Shown: piece by piece, positions 1 to 7,584 of the stretch
Layout of the letters: the number at the start of each line of letters is the position of its first letter
Position numbering within the stretch: the stretch's first letter is position 1
Assembly (NCBI GenBank): GCA_012728565.1
Contig: JAAYEV010000021.1
Location: forward strand, 1 to 62,863
Source of the DNA: Clostridiales bacterium
GTDB taxonomy: Bacteria; Bacillota; Clostridia; Ch29
DNA length: 62,863 nt
Direction of reading: 5' to 3'
Program-made: the position numbers and the translations under genes
The notes under the pieces: generated by a model
What the model was told of the DNA's origin: nothing
Database searches by the model: none
Seen by the model: the letters and a program-made list of their open reading frames with translations, nothing else

Positions 1-1
1 A

Positions 2-934
2 TTTGAAATGGTAAGGGAAGTGCTGCCCGGGATGGATATCCATGTGAGCACCCAGGCCAATACCGTGAACTACCTATCCGCGAATTTTTGGCACCGCCTG
101 GGGGCAAAAAGGATAATTCTGGCACGGGAACTGTCGCTGGAGGAAATACGCGAAATCAGGACAAGTACTTCGCCGGACCTTGAACTGGAAGCCTTCATAC
201 ACGGTGCCATGTGCATATCCTATTCGGGAAGGTGCCTTTTAAGCAATTACATGGCGGGAAGGGATTCCAACCTGGGGGACTGTGCCCATCCCTGCCGGTG
301 GAAATACCACCTGGTTGAAGAAAAAAGACCGGGACAGTACTACCCTGTGTACGAGGACCAAAACGGTACCTTTATTATGAACTCAAAGGACCTATGCATG
401 ATAGAGCATATCCCCCAGGTCATTGAAAGCGGCCTTACCAGCCTCAAGATTGAGGGCAGGATGAAAAGCGCCTATTACGTGGCAACGGTGGTAAAGGCCT
501 ACCGTGAAGCCATCGATGCATGGTATAAGGACCCCGGCAAATACCAGGAAAACAAAGGGAAATGGCTGGAGGAAGTGTCCAAGGCAAGCCACAGGGAGTT
601 TACAACCGGCTTTTATTTCAAAGAGGCGGATAGGGGTTTGCAGATTTACGATAACAGCAGTTACATACGAGACTACGACTTTGTAGGACTGGTGCTTGAT
701 TACGATCCGAAAAGCGGGGTGGCAACCGTCCAGCAGAGAAACAGGATGTTTGTGGGCGACAGCATTGAAATTACCGGCCCCGGCAGGGATTATTTTGTTC
801 AAACGATAGAATGGATGAAGGATGAGGATGGAAACAGCATACAATCGGCGCCCCACCCGCAGCAGGTGATAAGGATGCCGGTTAGACAACCGGTAAAACC
901 CTATGATATATTGAGAAAACCCGCGGTGGAATAA
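2..934 (+). CDS. peptidase U32 family protein, 5'-truncated by window edge
   Basis: The frame is open to base 2. The translation (HVSTQANTVNY, RELSLEEI, EAFIHGAMCISYSGRCLLS, CAHPCRW) matches the conserved core of U32 collagenase-like peptidases. The N-terminal ~100 aa are missing. Confidence 0.85.
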   Translation, partial: FEMVREVLPGMDIHVSTQANTVNYLSANFWHRLGAKRIILARELSLEEIREIRTSTSPDLELEAFIHGAMCISYSGRCLLSNYMAGRDSNLGDCAHPCRWKYHLVEEKRPGQYYPVYEDQNGTFIMNSKDLCMIEHIPQVIESGLTSLKIEGRMKSAYYVATVVKAYREAIDAWYKDPGKYQENKGKWLEEVSKASHREFTTGFYFKEADRGLQIYDNSSYIRDYDFVGLVLDYDPKSGVATVQQRNRMFVGDSIEITGPGRDYFVQTIEWMKDEDGNSIQSAPHPQQVIRMPVRQPVKPYDILRKPAVE

Positions 935-997
935 CTGTATAATCTTTCCGGCAAAGGCAATAATACAAAGGCAAGTACTTTGCCGGAGGGTGTTAAA

Positions 998-2668
998 ATG
1001 GGCACAGAACGGGGTCACACCGAAAAAAGGATACTGCTTACAGGCTGCGTAATACTGGCACTATTACAGGTCTTAACATTGAGGCTGTTTCAAATACAGG
1101 TCATACAAGGCAAAGGGTATTCAAAAAAGGCTGCGAACCAGCGCATGCTTTACCTGCCCCTGGATTTTTCCAGAGGGCAGTTTTATGATACCAACATGAT
1201 TCCGCTTACCGGCAGGCGTTTGGTGGATACCATGGTAGTGTTCCCCACTCTTATCGAGGATAAGGCAGCGGCTGCAGCGGTGATTGCTCAAAATACCGGT
1301 TTAAGTTGCGAAGAAGCCATGGAGGAACTGGAAGAGGCCGGCGCACCCTTTAAGCTGGTACTTGAGGGTAACGGAGCGGCGGTGACGGAAAGCGGCTGCA
1401 GGGGAGTCATGGTTGTAAAGGATATAGAAAGGTACGACCCCGAGAGCAAGGCAAGACACCTAATTGGTTACATAGACAACAGTGACGGGGTGGGGCGATC
1501 GGGACTGGAAAGGCTATACGAAAGCTACCTTTCGGCGGAAGGTGAGACGGCGATTGCCGCGATGGTGGACGGCAGCAAAAGGCTGATCCCGGGCCTCGGG
1601 TACAAAATGGTGAACGGAGAACAGGGAAACCGGAGCTATGGCCTTCAACTTACCATAGACTACCACATCCAAAAAGCGGCGGAGGCGGTTATGGACCGGT
1701 TGGGAATGCAGGGGGCGGTTGTGGTACTGGACGTGGAAAGCGGTGAACTCTTGGCAATGGTCAGCAGGCCAAACTATGAGCAGCAAAACGTGGAAAAATA
1801 CCTGGATGGGCAAAGGGGCGAACTGCTGAACAAAGCTTTCCAGCAGTACAACCTCGGGTCCATATTTAAAACGGTGGTTTCCGCCGCAGCGTTGGAAGAC
1901 GACCGGATAAACCCCTTTGAAACCGTTCACTGTCCCGGTTACATCGAGGTGGGAAGTTTAAAAGTGAAATGCTCCAGCTACGATGAAGGGGGCCATGGGG
2001 ACCTGAACATATTTGAAGCCTATGCGAGGTCCTGCAACACATTTTTTATTGAATTAGGACAAAGAATAGGCGGGAAAAGTATAACAGAGATGGCAAGGAG
2101 ATTTGGGCTGGGAAGTATTATAGGAATAAACCCGATGGAAGAGCAAACGGGACTGATACCGAGGGAAGAGAGCATTTACAGGCCCGACCTGTGCAATATA
2201 TCCATAGGACAGGGCGATATACTGGTCACACCGCTGCAGGTGGCGGCGATGACCAGTATAATTGCCAACAACGGCGTTTACAAAAAGCCCTACGTGGTAA
2301 AGGGACTGGTTGACGGTTCCGGTAAAAGAATTGCCGTAGAACCGCCTGAAAAGCCCCAGAAGATTATTTCACCCTTTGTGGCCATGGAAATAAGAAAGAT
2401 GATGGAGATGGTGGTGGATGACGGCACCGGCACCTTGGCAGCCCTGCCCGGTTTCGGCGGTGCTGCGGGAAAAACCAGTTCCGCCCAGACAGGGCAGAGG
2501 ATGGAGGGCAGGGAAGTGCTCCATGCATGGTTTACCGGTTATGTTCCAAGGCTCTATCCAAAGTATGTAATAACGGTACTTGTTGAGAACGGAAGGAGCG
2601 GCGGCAGCGTTGCCGCGCCGGTTTTCAGGGATATCGCCCAAAGGATAATGGAGCTGGGTGAAAGGTAG
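998..2668 (+). CDS. class B penicillin-binding protein (PBP2/SpoVD-type transpeptidase, no PASTA domains)
   Basis: It has an N-terminal TM anchor and the transpeptidase motifs SxxK (GSIFKT), SxN (RSCNTF) and KTG-like (GKTSSA). ATG 998 follows GGAGGG, so the ORF-track start at 980 is probably too long. It sits directly upstream of sigK. Confidence 0.85.
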   Translation: MGTERGHTEKRILLTGCVILALLQVLTLRLFQIQVIQGKGYSKKAANQRMLYLPLDFSRGQFYDTNMIPLTGRRLVDTMVVFPTLIEDKAAAAAVIAQNTGLSCEEAMEELEEAGAPFKLVLEGNGAAVTESGCRGVMVVKDIERYDPESKARHLIGYIDNSDGVGRSGLERLYESYLSAEGETAIAAMVDGSKRLIPGLGYKMVNGEQGNRSYGLQLTIDYHIQKAAEAVMDRLGMQGAVVVLDVESGELLAMVSRPNYEQQNVEKYLDGQRGELLNKAFQQYNLGSIFKTVVSAAALEDDRINPFETVHCPGYIEVGSLKVKCSSYDEGGHGDLNIFEAYARSCNTFFIELGQRIGGKSITEMARRFGLGSIIGINPMEEQTGLIPREESIYRPDLCNISIGQGDILVTPLQVAAMTSIIANNGVYKKPYVVKGLVDGSGKRIAVEPPEKPQKIISPFVAMEIRKMMEMVVDDGTGTLAALPGFGGAAGKTSSAQTGQRMEGREVLHAWFTGYVPRLYPKYVITVLVENGRSGGSVAAPVFRDIAQRIMELGER

Positions 2669-2714
2669 GAAGGCGGAATAATTTATTTAATGACCAAAGG
2701 GCAGCGGTACATGC

Positions 2715-2741
2715 ACATTCCGAAGATTGGGCTCATATAAT
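2715..2741 (+). promoter_or_regulatory. candidate mother-cell (sigma-E/sigma-K type) promoter of sigK
   Basis: AC (2715-2716), a 17-nt spacer, then CATATAAT (2734-2741) resembles the AC-N16/17-CATAnnnTA consensus. It leaves a ~29-nt leader before ATG 2777. Confidence 0.3.
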
Positions 2742-2776
2742 TTAGAGTGACCCTATTTTCGGAGGTGAGCATTTTA

Positions 2777-3472
2777 ATGCTGGCAGCCATTGCGGCTATT
2801 ACCGCAGCCATGCTGAAGGAAACGCTGGTGCTGTTTTCCTTCGTAACAGGCAACTCCTCCTTTCCACAGCCCCTCACAGAAGAGGAAGAAAAACTGTTTC
2901 TGAAGTTGTACGAGCAGGGTGACGAGACGGCAAAGAATATACTTATCGAAAGAAACCTGAGACTGGTAGCGCACATCGTAAAAAAGTACAGCAATATTGG
3001 CAGGGATGCAGACGATCTAATCTCAATAGGCACCATCGGCCTTATAAAGGCCATTACCACCTTTGACCACAGCAAGGGCACAAGGCTTGCAACCTATGCC
3101 GCCCGGTGTATTGAGAACGAAATACTGATGACCATACGGTCCAACAAGAAAATACAAAACCAGCTGTCACTGCAGGACCCGATAGGCATAGACAAGGAGG
3201 GCAACGAAATCTCGCTGCTGGATATCCTGGGCACGGAGACAGACACGGTACTTGATGAAGTGGAAAAAAAGCTGCAAACCAGCAAGCTTTATAGGATAAT
3301 GGACAGGGTATTAAAAAAGCGTGAAAAAGTCGTTCTTGAACTGAGATACGGATTGTCCGACGGCACGGTTAAGACCCAGCGTGAGATAGCCCAGATGCTG
3401 GGGATATCTCGTTCCTATGTTTCGAGGATAGAAAAGAGGGCTATAAAGAAGCTCAGCAGGGAATTTTTATAG
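2777..3472 (+). CDS. sigK: RNA polymerase sporulation sigma factor SigK (pro-sigma-K), uninterrupted
   Basis: Near-identical blocks to B. subtilis SigK: FPQPL, ERNLRLVAHIVKKY, DLISIGTIGLIK, ATYAARCIENEILM, DPIGIDKEGNEISLLDIL, ISRSYVSRIEKRA. ATG 2777 follows GGAGGTG and gives a ~33-aa hydrophobic pro-sequence as in B. subtilis. Confidence 0.9.
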   Translation: MLAAIAAITAAMLKETLVLFSFVTGNSSFPQPLTEEEEKLFLKLYEQGDETAKNILIERNLRLVAHIVKKYSNIGRDADDLISIGTIGLIKAITTFDHSKGTRLATYAARCIENEILMTIRSNKKIQNQLSLQDPIGIDKEGNEISLLDILGTETDTVLDEVEKKLQTSKLYRIMDRVLKKREKVVLELRYGLSDGTVKTQREIAQMLGISRSYVSRIEKRAIKKLSREFL

Positions 3473-3497
3473 AACAACTGTCAAAGGCAGTTGTTCT
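3471..3497. terminator. perfect 10-bp hairpin between convergent sigK and EamA genes
   Basis: AGAACAACTG-tcaaagg-CAGTTGTTCT. No clear U-tract on either side. It overlaps the EamA stop codon. Confidence 0.4.
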
Positions 3498-4425
3498 ACT
3501 TATCTTCGGCATTGCCCATCTTTAGCATGTTTATGATGATTACCGCAACTATTATCATTGCAACCCCGGAAAACTGGAAGAGGGTCAGCACTTCATCAAG
3601 CATTATTACTCCCAGCGCAACGCTTACCACCGGTTCAAAAGTGCTCAGAATGGAGGCTCTTGATGAGCCGGTTTCCCGCAGCCCGGTAAAGAAAAGCAGG
3701 TTTGATAGAAAAGTGGAGAAGAAAGCACTTGCCAACACCGCCAGCCAGGCCTTGGGCGTTACGGCAGCCCAAAGGCTTCCGGTTAATAAGGCCGAAGCAA
3801 GCAGTGTAATGGCGGCAGCCGATGTAATATAGGCAGTGACGGTCAAGGGCTCCAAGCTCTTAAGACTTTCGGCGAATTTGCTGTCCAGCAGTATCAAGTA
3901 GGTGCTGAAGGAAAAACATGCCCCAAAAGCCAGCAGGATGCCCAGGACGTTATAGTCGGATACCGGTGACCAAACCATAAGAAAACAGCCTAAAGTTGCC
4001 ATAATGAGTGCAAGAATCTGCCTTGGGACCACCCGCTCACCGATTACCGTAATCATGAAAACATTCACGACAACTGGATAAAGGTAAAAAATTACCGAGG
4101 CAAGGGATACGGGGATATGGTTTATCGAGTTGTAATAGAACATTGAAAACGCTGCGTATACAGCCCCGCCTATAATGACCAGAACTTTGAGCTGCCCAGC
4201 CGAAGCCCGGGCGCTTTCCCGGCCCTTAGAAACCAGGTTGTAGCTCCATAATAATACCGAGGCAATAAGGAATCTCATGGCCAGCACAAACATGGGGTTT
4301 GCGCCTTCGGTATAGGCGGTCTTTGATATAACCACGTTTATTCCATAAAAAAACGCAGCCAGTATGACAAGGGTGCTTCCCCTTAACTTCATAGTTTGTT
4401 GTCCTCCGGAAAACATTTCTATCAT
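3496..4425 (-). CDS. EamA/DMT-family transporter
   Basis: 309 aa, about 10 TM segments in two EamA-like halves, with a typical DMT hydrophobic pattern. Confidence 0.85.
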   Translation of the reverse strand: MIEMFSGGQQTMKLRGSTLVILAAFFYGINVVISKTAYTEGANPMFVLAMRFLIASVLLWSYNLVSKGRESARASAGQLKVLVIIGGAVYAAFSMFYYNSINHIPVSLASVIFYLYPVVVNVFMITVIGERVVPRQILALIMATLGCFLMVWSPVSDYNVLGILLAFGACFSFSTYLILLDSKFAESLKSLEPLTVTAYITSAAAITLLASALLTGSLWAAVTPKAWLAVLASAFFSTFLSNLLFFTGLRETGSSRASILSTFEPVVSVALGVIMLDEVLTLFQFSGVAMIIVAVIIINMLKMGNAEDK

Positions 4426-4600
4426 CCATGTCTATTCTACTATAAATGTCGGCGGCTGTGGACAACCAATTTGCAAAAAACCGGTGTAAGTGCACAATGT
4501 TCAATCTTAATCACATGGCGGCGGTTAAGCATATAATGTACCGGGCACAGCAAAGTAGCTACAAAAACCTGATTCATTATTACTGGCGGAGGTGAAGCCA

Positions 4601-5083
4601 ATGTACGGGAGGGAAAGCGTAAACGGGGCGGCCGTTGCATATTTAAGGGGTGGCCCGTTGGCACCGCATATAACCGGCGTGGTATGTTTCAGGGACGTTC
4701 CGGGAGGCTGCGAAGTATGGGTAGAAGTATCCGGTCTTCCTCGGTACCGTCCGGCAATGGGCAGCGAGGACCCCGTTGGTCCCCACGGTTTTCACCTGCA
4801 CATGCACGGCACATGCACGGTGGGCGACCCGGAAGACCCCTTTCAGGATGCGGGCGGACACTGGAATCCTGACGGCCAGCCCCACGGGAACCACGCGGGG
4901 GACTTCCCGGTACTGTTTTCAAACAACGGCTACGCAAGGATGTGTTTCTTTACAAACCGGTTCAAAGCTAAAGATATATTGGGGAAAGCGGTAATTATCC
5001 ATCGAAACCCGGACGATTACAGGACACAGCCCGCCGGAGACGCCGGCAAACGGCTGGCCTGCGGGGTTGTGCAGCCGTATTGA
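4601..5083 (+). CDS. sodC: Cu/Zn superoxide dismutase family protein (no obvious signal peptide)
   Basis: Ligand pattern FHLHMHG, GGHWNP, PHGNHAGD, VIIHRNPDD and C-terminal CGVV. ATG 4601 follows GGAGGTG. Confidence 0.85.
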   Translation: MYGRESVNGAAVAYLRGGPLAPHITGVVCFRDVPGGCEVWVEVSGLPRYRPAMGSEDPVGPHGFHLHMHGTCTVGDPEDPFQDAGGHWNPDGQPHGNHAGDFPVLFSNNGYARMCFFTNRFKAKDILGKAVIIHRNPDDYRTQPAGDAGKRLACGVVQPY

Positions 5084-5087
5084 CCAA

Positions 5088-5132
5088 AAAACCCACTGTT
5101 TGAGCACTGAAACAGTGGGTTTTCAATTTTTG
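5088..5132 (+). terminator. intrinsic terminator after SOD gene
   Basis: AAAACCCACTGTT-10 nt loop-AACAGTGGGTTTT followed by a T-rich tail. Confidence 0.8.
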
Positions 5133-5303
5133 GTTACCAAAAAAAGCTTTGGGCATTATAAATATGGTTCCAGCTAAACCGGTGTCCGCTGCGATAAAGA
5201 CCGGCGGTGATTGGTCGGGGGAAAATTATTGGGAAGATTTGGCCCTAAAAAAGAGAATATTATAAAAAACCTGGTAACCAACGTTACCGAATAAGGGTTA
5301 AAG

Positions 5304-5341
5304 AACTGTTATACTTATTAAAGAAATACTGTTATACTTAT
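5304..5341 (+). repeat. tandem direct repeat ACTGTTATACTTAT x2 (23-nt period) upstream of the 4Fe-4S gene
   Basis: Identical 14-mers at 5305-5318 and 5328-5341, each preceded by AAGAA. They lie 28-64 nt upstream of ATG 5369. Confidence 0.6.
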
Positions 5342-5368
5342 CATAGAAAACCAAAGGGGGTAACAAAG

Positions 5369-6106
5369 ATGGCTGTGAGAAAGATTGTCAAGATAAATGA
5401 AGAAAAATGCAACGGCTGCGGGCAGTGTATACCAAACTGTGCCGAGGGTGCCCTTCAGATTATAGACGGAAAGGCAAGGCTTGTAAGCGACAAGTACTGT
5501 GACGGTTTGGGAGCATGCCTTGGCACATGCCCTATGGATGCCATTGAAATAATTGAAAGAGAAGCCGAAGAATTTGACGAAGAGGCGGTAAAAAAGTACC
5601 TGGAGGAAAAAGACCGGGAAAATAAAAGTGAAGCACGGCAAAGCGGCGGCTGCCCGGGCAGCAGGGTTGTGTCCATAAAAGAAAGGGCGAATAAAGAAAA
5701 CGTATCGACAACTTCCGAAGACGTGCCGGTTTCAATTAAACCGCAACTTTCCCAGTGGCCGGTTCAGCTCAGCCTTGTACCGGTTAATGCTCCGTATTTT
5801 GACGGAAGCCACCTGCTTATAACTGCAGATTGCGTGCCCTTTGCCTATGCCGATTACCACCTCGGTCTTTTAAGGGGCAAAAGCGTTGTAGTGGGCTGTC
5901 CGAAGCTTGATGATGTAAAGTTTTACATTGAAAAACTGACGGAAATCATAAAGCAAAACGATATTAAAAAGGTAACGGTGGCCGTCATGGAGGTGCCCTG
6001 CTGCAAGGGTATGGTACGGGCGGCGGCCGAAGCGGTAAAGGCATCGGGAAAGAATGTCCCGCTGGAACTTGTCGAGATAAGCATAGATGGCAGGATAAAA
6101 AAATAA
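5369..6106 (+). CDS. 4Fe-4S dicluster domain protein with a Cys-containing C-terminal domain
   Basis: Two ferredoxin-type motifs (CNGCGQCIPNC, CDGLGACLGTCP) plus a C-terminal region with GCPKLDD and VPCCKG. Good SD (AGGGGG). Confidence 0.8.
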   Translation: MAVRKIVKINEEKCNGCGQCIPNCAEGALQIIDGKARLVSDKYCDGLGACLGTCPMDAIEIIEREAEEFDEEAVKKYLEEKDRENKSEARQSGGCPGSRVVSIKERANKENVSTTSEDVPVSIKPQLSQWPVQLSLVPVNAPYFDGSHLLITADCVPFAYADYHLGLLRGKSVVVGCPKLDDVKFYIEKLTEIIKQNDIKKVTVAVMEVPCCKGMVRAAAEAVKASGKNVPLELVEISIDGRIKK

Positions 6107-6123
6107 AAATACTGAAAGGAAAG

Positions 6124-6160
6124 CGGTTCCTTCGTAAATGCGAAGGGGCCGTTTTTGTTT
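6124..6160 (+). terminator. intrinsic terminator (copy A of a duplicated element)
   Basis: CGGTTCCTTCG-taaatg-CGAAGGGGCCG (with G:U pairs) followed by TTTTTGTTTT. Confidence 0.75.
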
Positions 6161-6262
6161 TATTGAGGTAACCATTTTTGACTGGCATCCGTATATTGTA
6201 CTGGAAACAAAGACGGGAAGGGTTAGCTACAAGGCGCATTAATACTAATAGGAGGGTTTATT

Positions 6263-6829
6263 ATGTCAAAGGACTATGATGAGTTAATGCCAAATTATAC
6301 TCCGATCAATAACAACGTTGTGGTTCAGTCATGCCCGAATAAATGCTGTGATACAAGAAGCCAGGCCCCGGGAATAAGGTTTGCCTTTGCCCAGGATAGC
6401 AGTGAGAGGGAAGTAGTTTTAGGAACACTAATCACTTTGCAGCCTATCCAGACAAGCGTGGGAGACAGGGTCAAACTGGATGCAATGGTGCAGATCAACA
6501 CAGGTACCAATGCTAACGGAAATCTGGCTTTATCCGGTGTGGTTATTGCTTTACGCCGCAGAACACTGCTGCTGGGTCAGGATTCGCCTACGTTGACAGA
6601 CCTTGTAGAAATAAGAATAGAGGATGATGAATTGAATAACACTGAAGGTGCAGGGGGAAATGATTATACGAGGATTGCTTCCTTAAGCTGGGTGGATACT
6701 CCGCCGGCCGGTATAAACACATACTTCCTTGATACGATTGAAATCGGCACGGCTAATATCGAAAGCAGAACTTATTCAAACAGGTCGTTAAACGCAACCA
6801 TTTTCCCCATCGGCAATGCTTTGAATTAG
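6263..6829 (+). CDS. hypothetical protein, Cys-rich N-terminus and beta-rich body (orphan)
   Basis: 188-aa ORF with a strong SD (GGAGGG 7 nt upstream). N-terminal CPNKCC, then alternating polar/hydrophobic strands. I recognise no family. Confidence 0.6.
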   Translation: MSKDYDELMPNYTPINNNVVVQSCPNKCCDTRSQAPGIRFAFAQDSSEREVVLGTLITLQPIQTSVGDRVKLDAMVQINTGTNANGNLALSGVVIALRRRTLLLGQDSPTLTDLVEIRIEDDELNNTEGAGGNDYTRIASLSWVDTPPAGINTYFLDTIEIGTANIESRTYSNRSLNATIFPIGNALN

Positions 6830-6902
6830 CATTCCCGGTCAGTTTGTTGTACTGACTTTTACCGCCAAAACAAATACGGTACCAAAGTTACAGCTAAAAC
6901 AA

Positions 6903-6943
6903 CGGTTCCTTCGTAAAGAGTCGTGGGGCCGTTGTTTGTCTTT
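6903..6943 (+). repeat. copy B of the terminator-like element seen at 6124-6160
   Basis: CGGTTCCTTCGTAAA (15/15 identical to copy A), then GGGGCCGTT (identical), then a T-rich tail. The stem is weaker than in copy A. Confidence 0.6.
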
Positions 6944-6994
6944 ATATGGAATTGTGATAATATATAAAAGAATAATGGCTTGGAGGGAAGACAT

Positions 6995-7525
6995 ATGTTG
7001 GAGCTGCTTGTGCCGGACGAATACGTAGCATCGGTATATGATATTGACCTTGAAGGGCTGAAAAGAAGAGGCATAGACGGCCTTATTATAGATATTGACA
7101 ACACCCTAGTCCGCTGGGGCGCCAAAACCGCCGACCGCAGGGTTGTTGAATGGTTTGCCCGTCTTGAGGAACTGGGCTTTAGGGCATGCCTTCTATCCAA
7201 CAATACAAAGGACCGGGTGGTGAAGTTTACCGAGGCTGTGAGAATACCCGCCGTGTACCGGGCTGCCAAGCCGGGGAAAAGGGCCTTCCGAAAGGCCATG
7301 GCGGCGATGGGCAGGAACTCGTCAACCACCGCGGTTATAGGGGACCAGGTCTTTACCGATATATATGGCGGAAAGAGGCTGGGGCTTTATGCGGTGCTGG
7401 TTATGCCCATCGATGAGAAGGAATTCATAACCACAAGGCTGGTAAGAAAACTGGAGAGAGTATTCCTTGATAGGCTGGTAAGGCAGGGAAAGCTGAAAAA
7501 ACCGGTGGTCAACAGGCAGGCTTAA
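6995..7525 (+). CDS. yqeG: YqeG-family HAD-IIIA phosphatase
   Basis: LIIDIDNTLV catalytic motif, LSNN and GDQVFTDI motifs. ATG 6995 follows GGAGGGA. Confidence 0.85.
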   Translation: MLELLVPDEYVASVYDIDLEGLKRRGIDGLIIDIDNTLVRWGAKTADRRVVEWFARLEELGFRACLLSNNTKDRVVKFTEAVRIPAVYRAAKPGKRAFRKAMAAMGRNSSTTAVIGDQVFTDIYGGKRLGLYAVLVMPIDEKEFITTRLVRKLERVFLDRLVRQGKLKKPVVNRQA

Positions 7526-7584
7526 ATTTTGGCATTACGGGGAGGATTTGGGATATTTTGGTCGAATAATACAAAAAAAGCAGT

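Noticed and set aside
2747-3472. Checked sigK for a skin-type intervening element or split gene
   Set aside because: The ORF is continuous from the pro-sequence through region 4.2 (ISRSYVSRIEKRA). There is no interruption and no recombinase nearby.
4643-5107. Cluster of six overlapping 62-83-aa ORFs on both strands
   Set aside because: They are by-products of the local G+C-rich composition inside the Cu/Zn SOD gene. Only the SOD frame carries family motifs.
5163-5264. 33-aa ORF (MVPAKPVSAAIKTGGDWSGENYWEDLALKKRIL) in the SOD-ferredoxin gap
   Set aside because: There is no SD upstream of the ATG and no recognisable features. It is kept only as a note.
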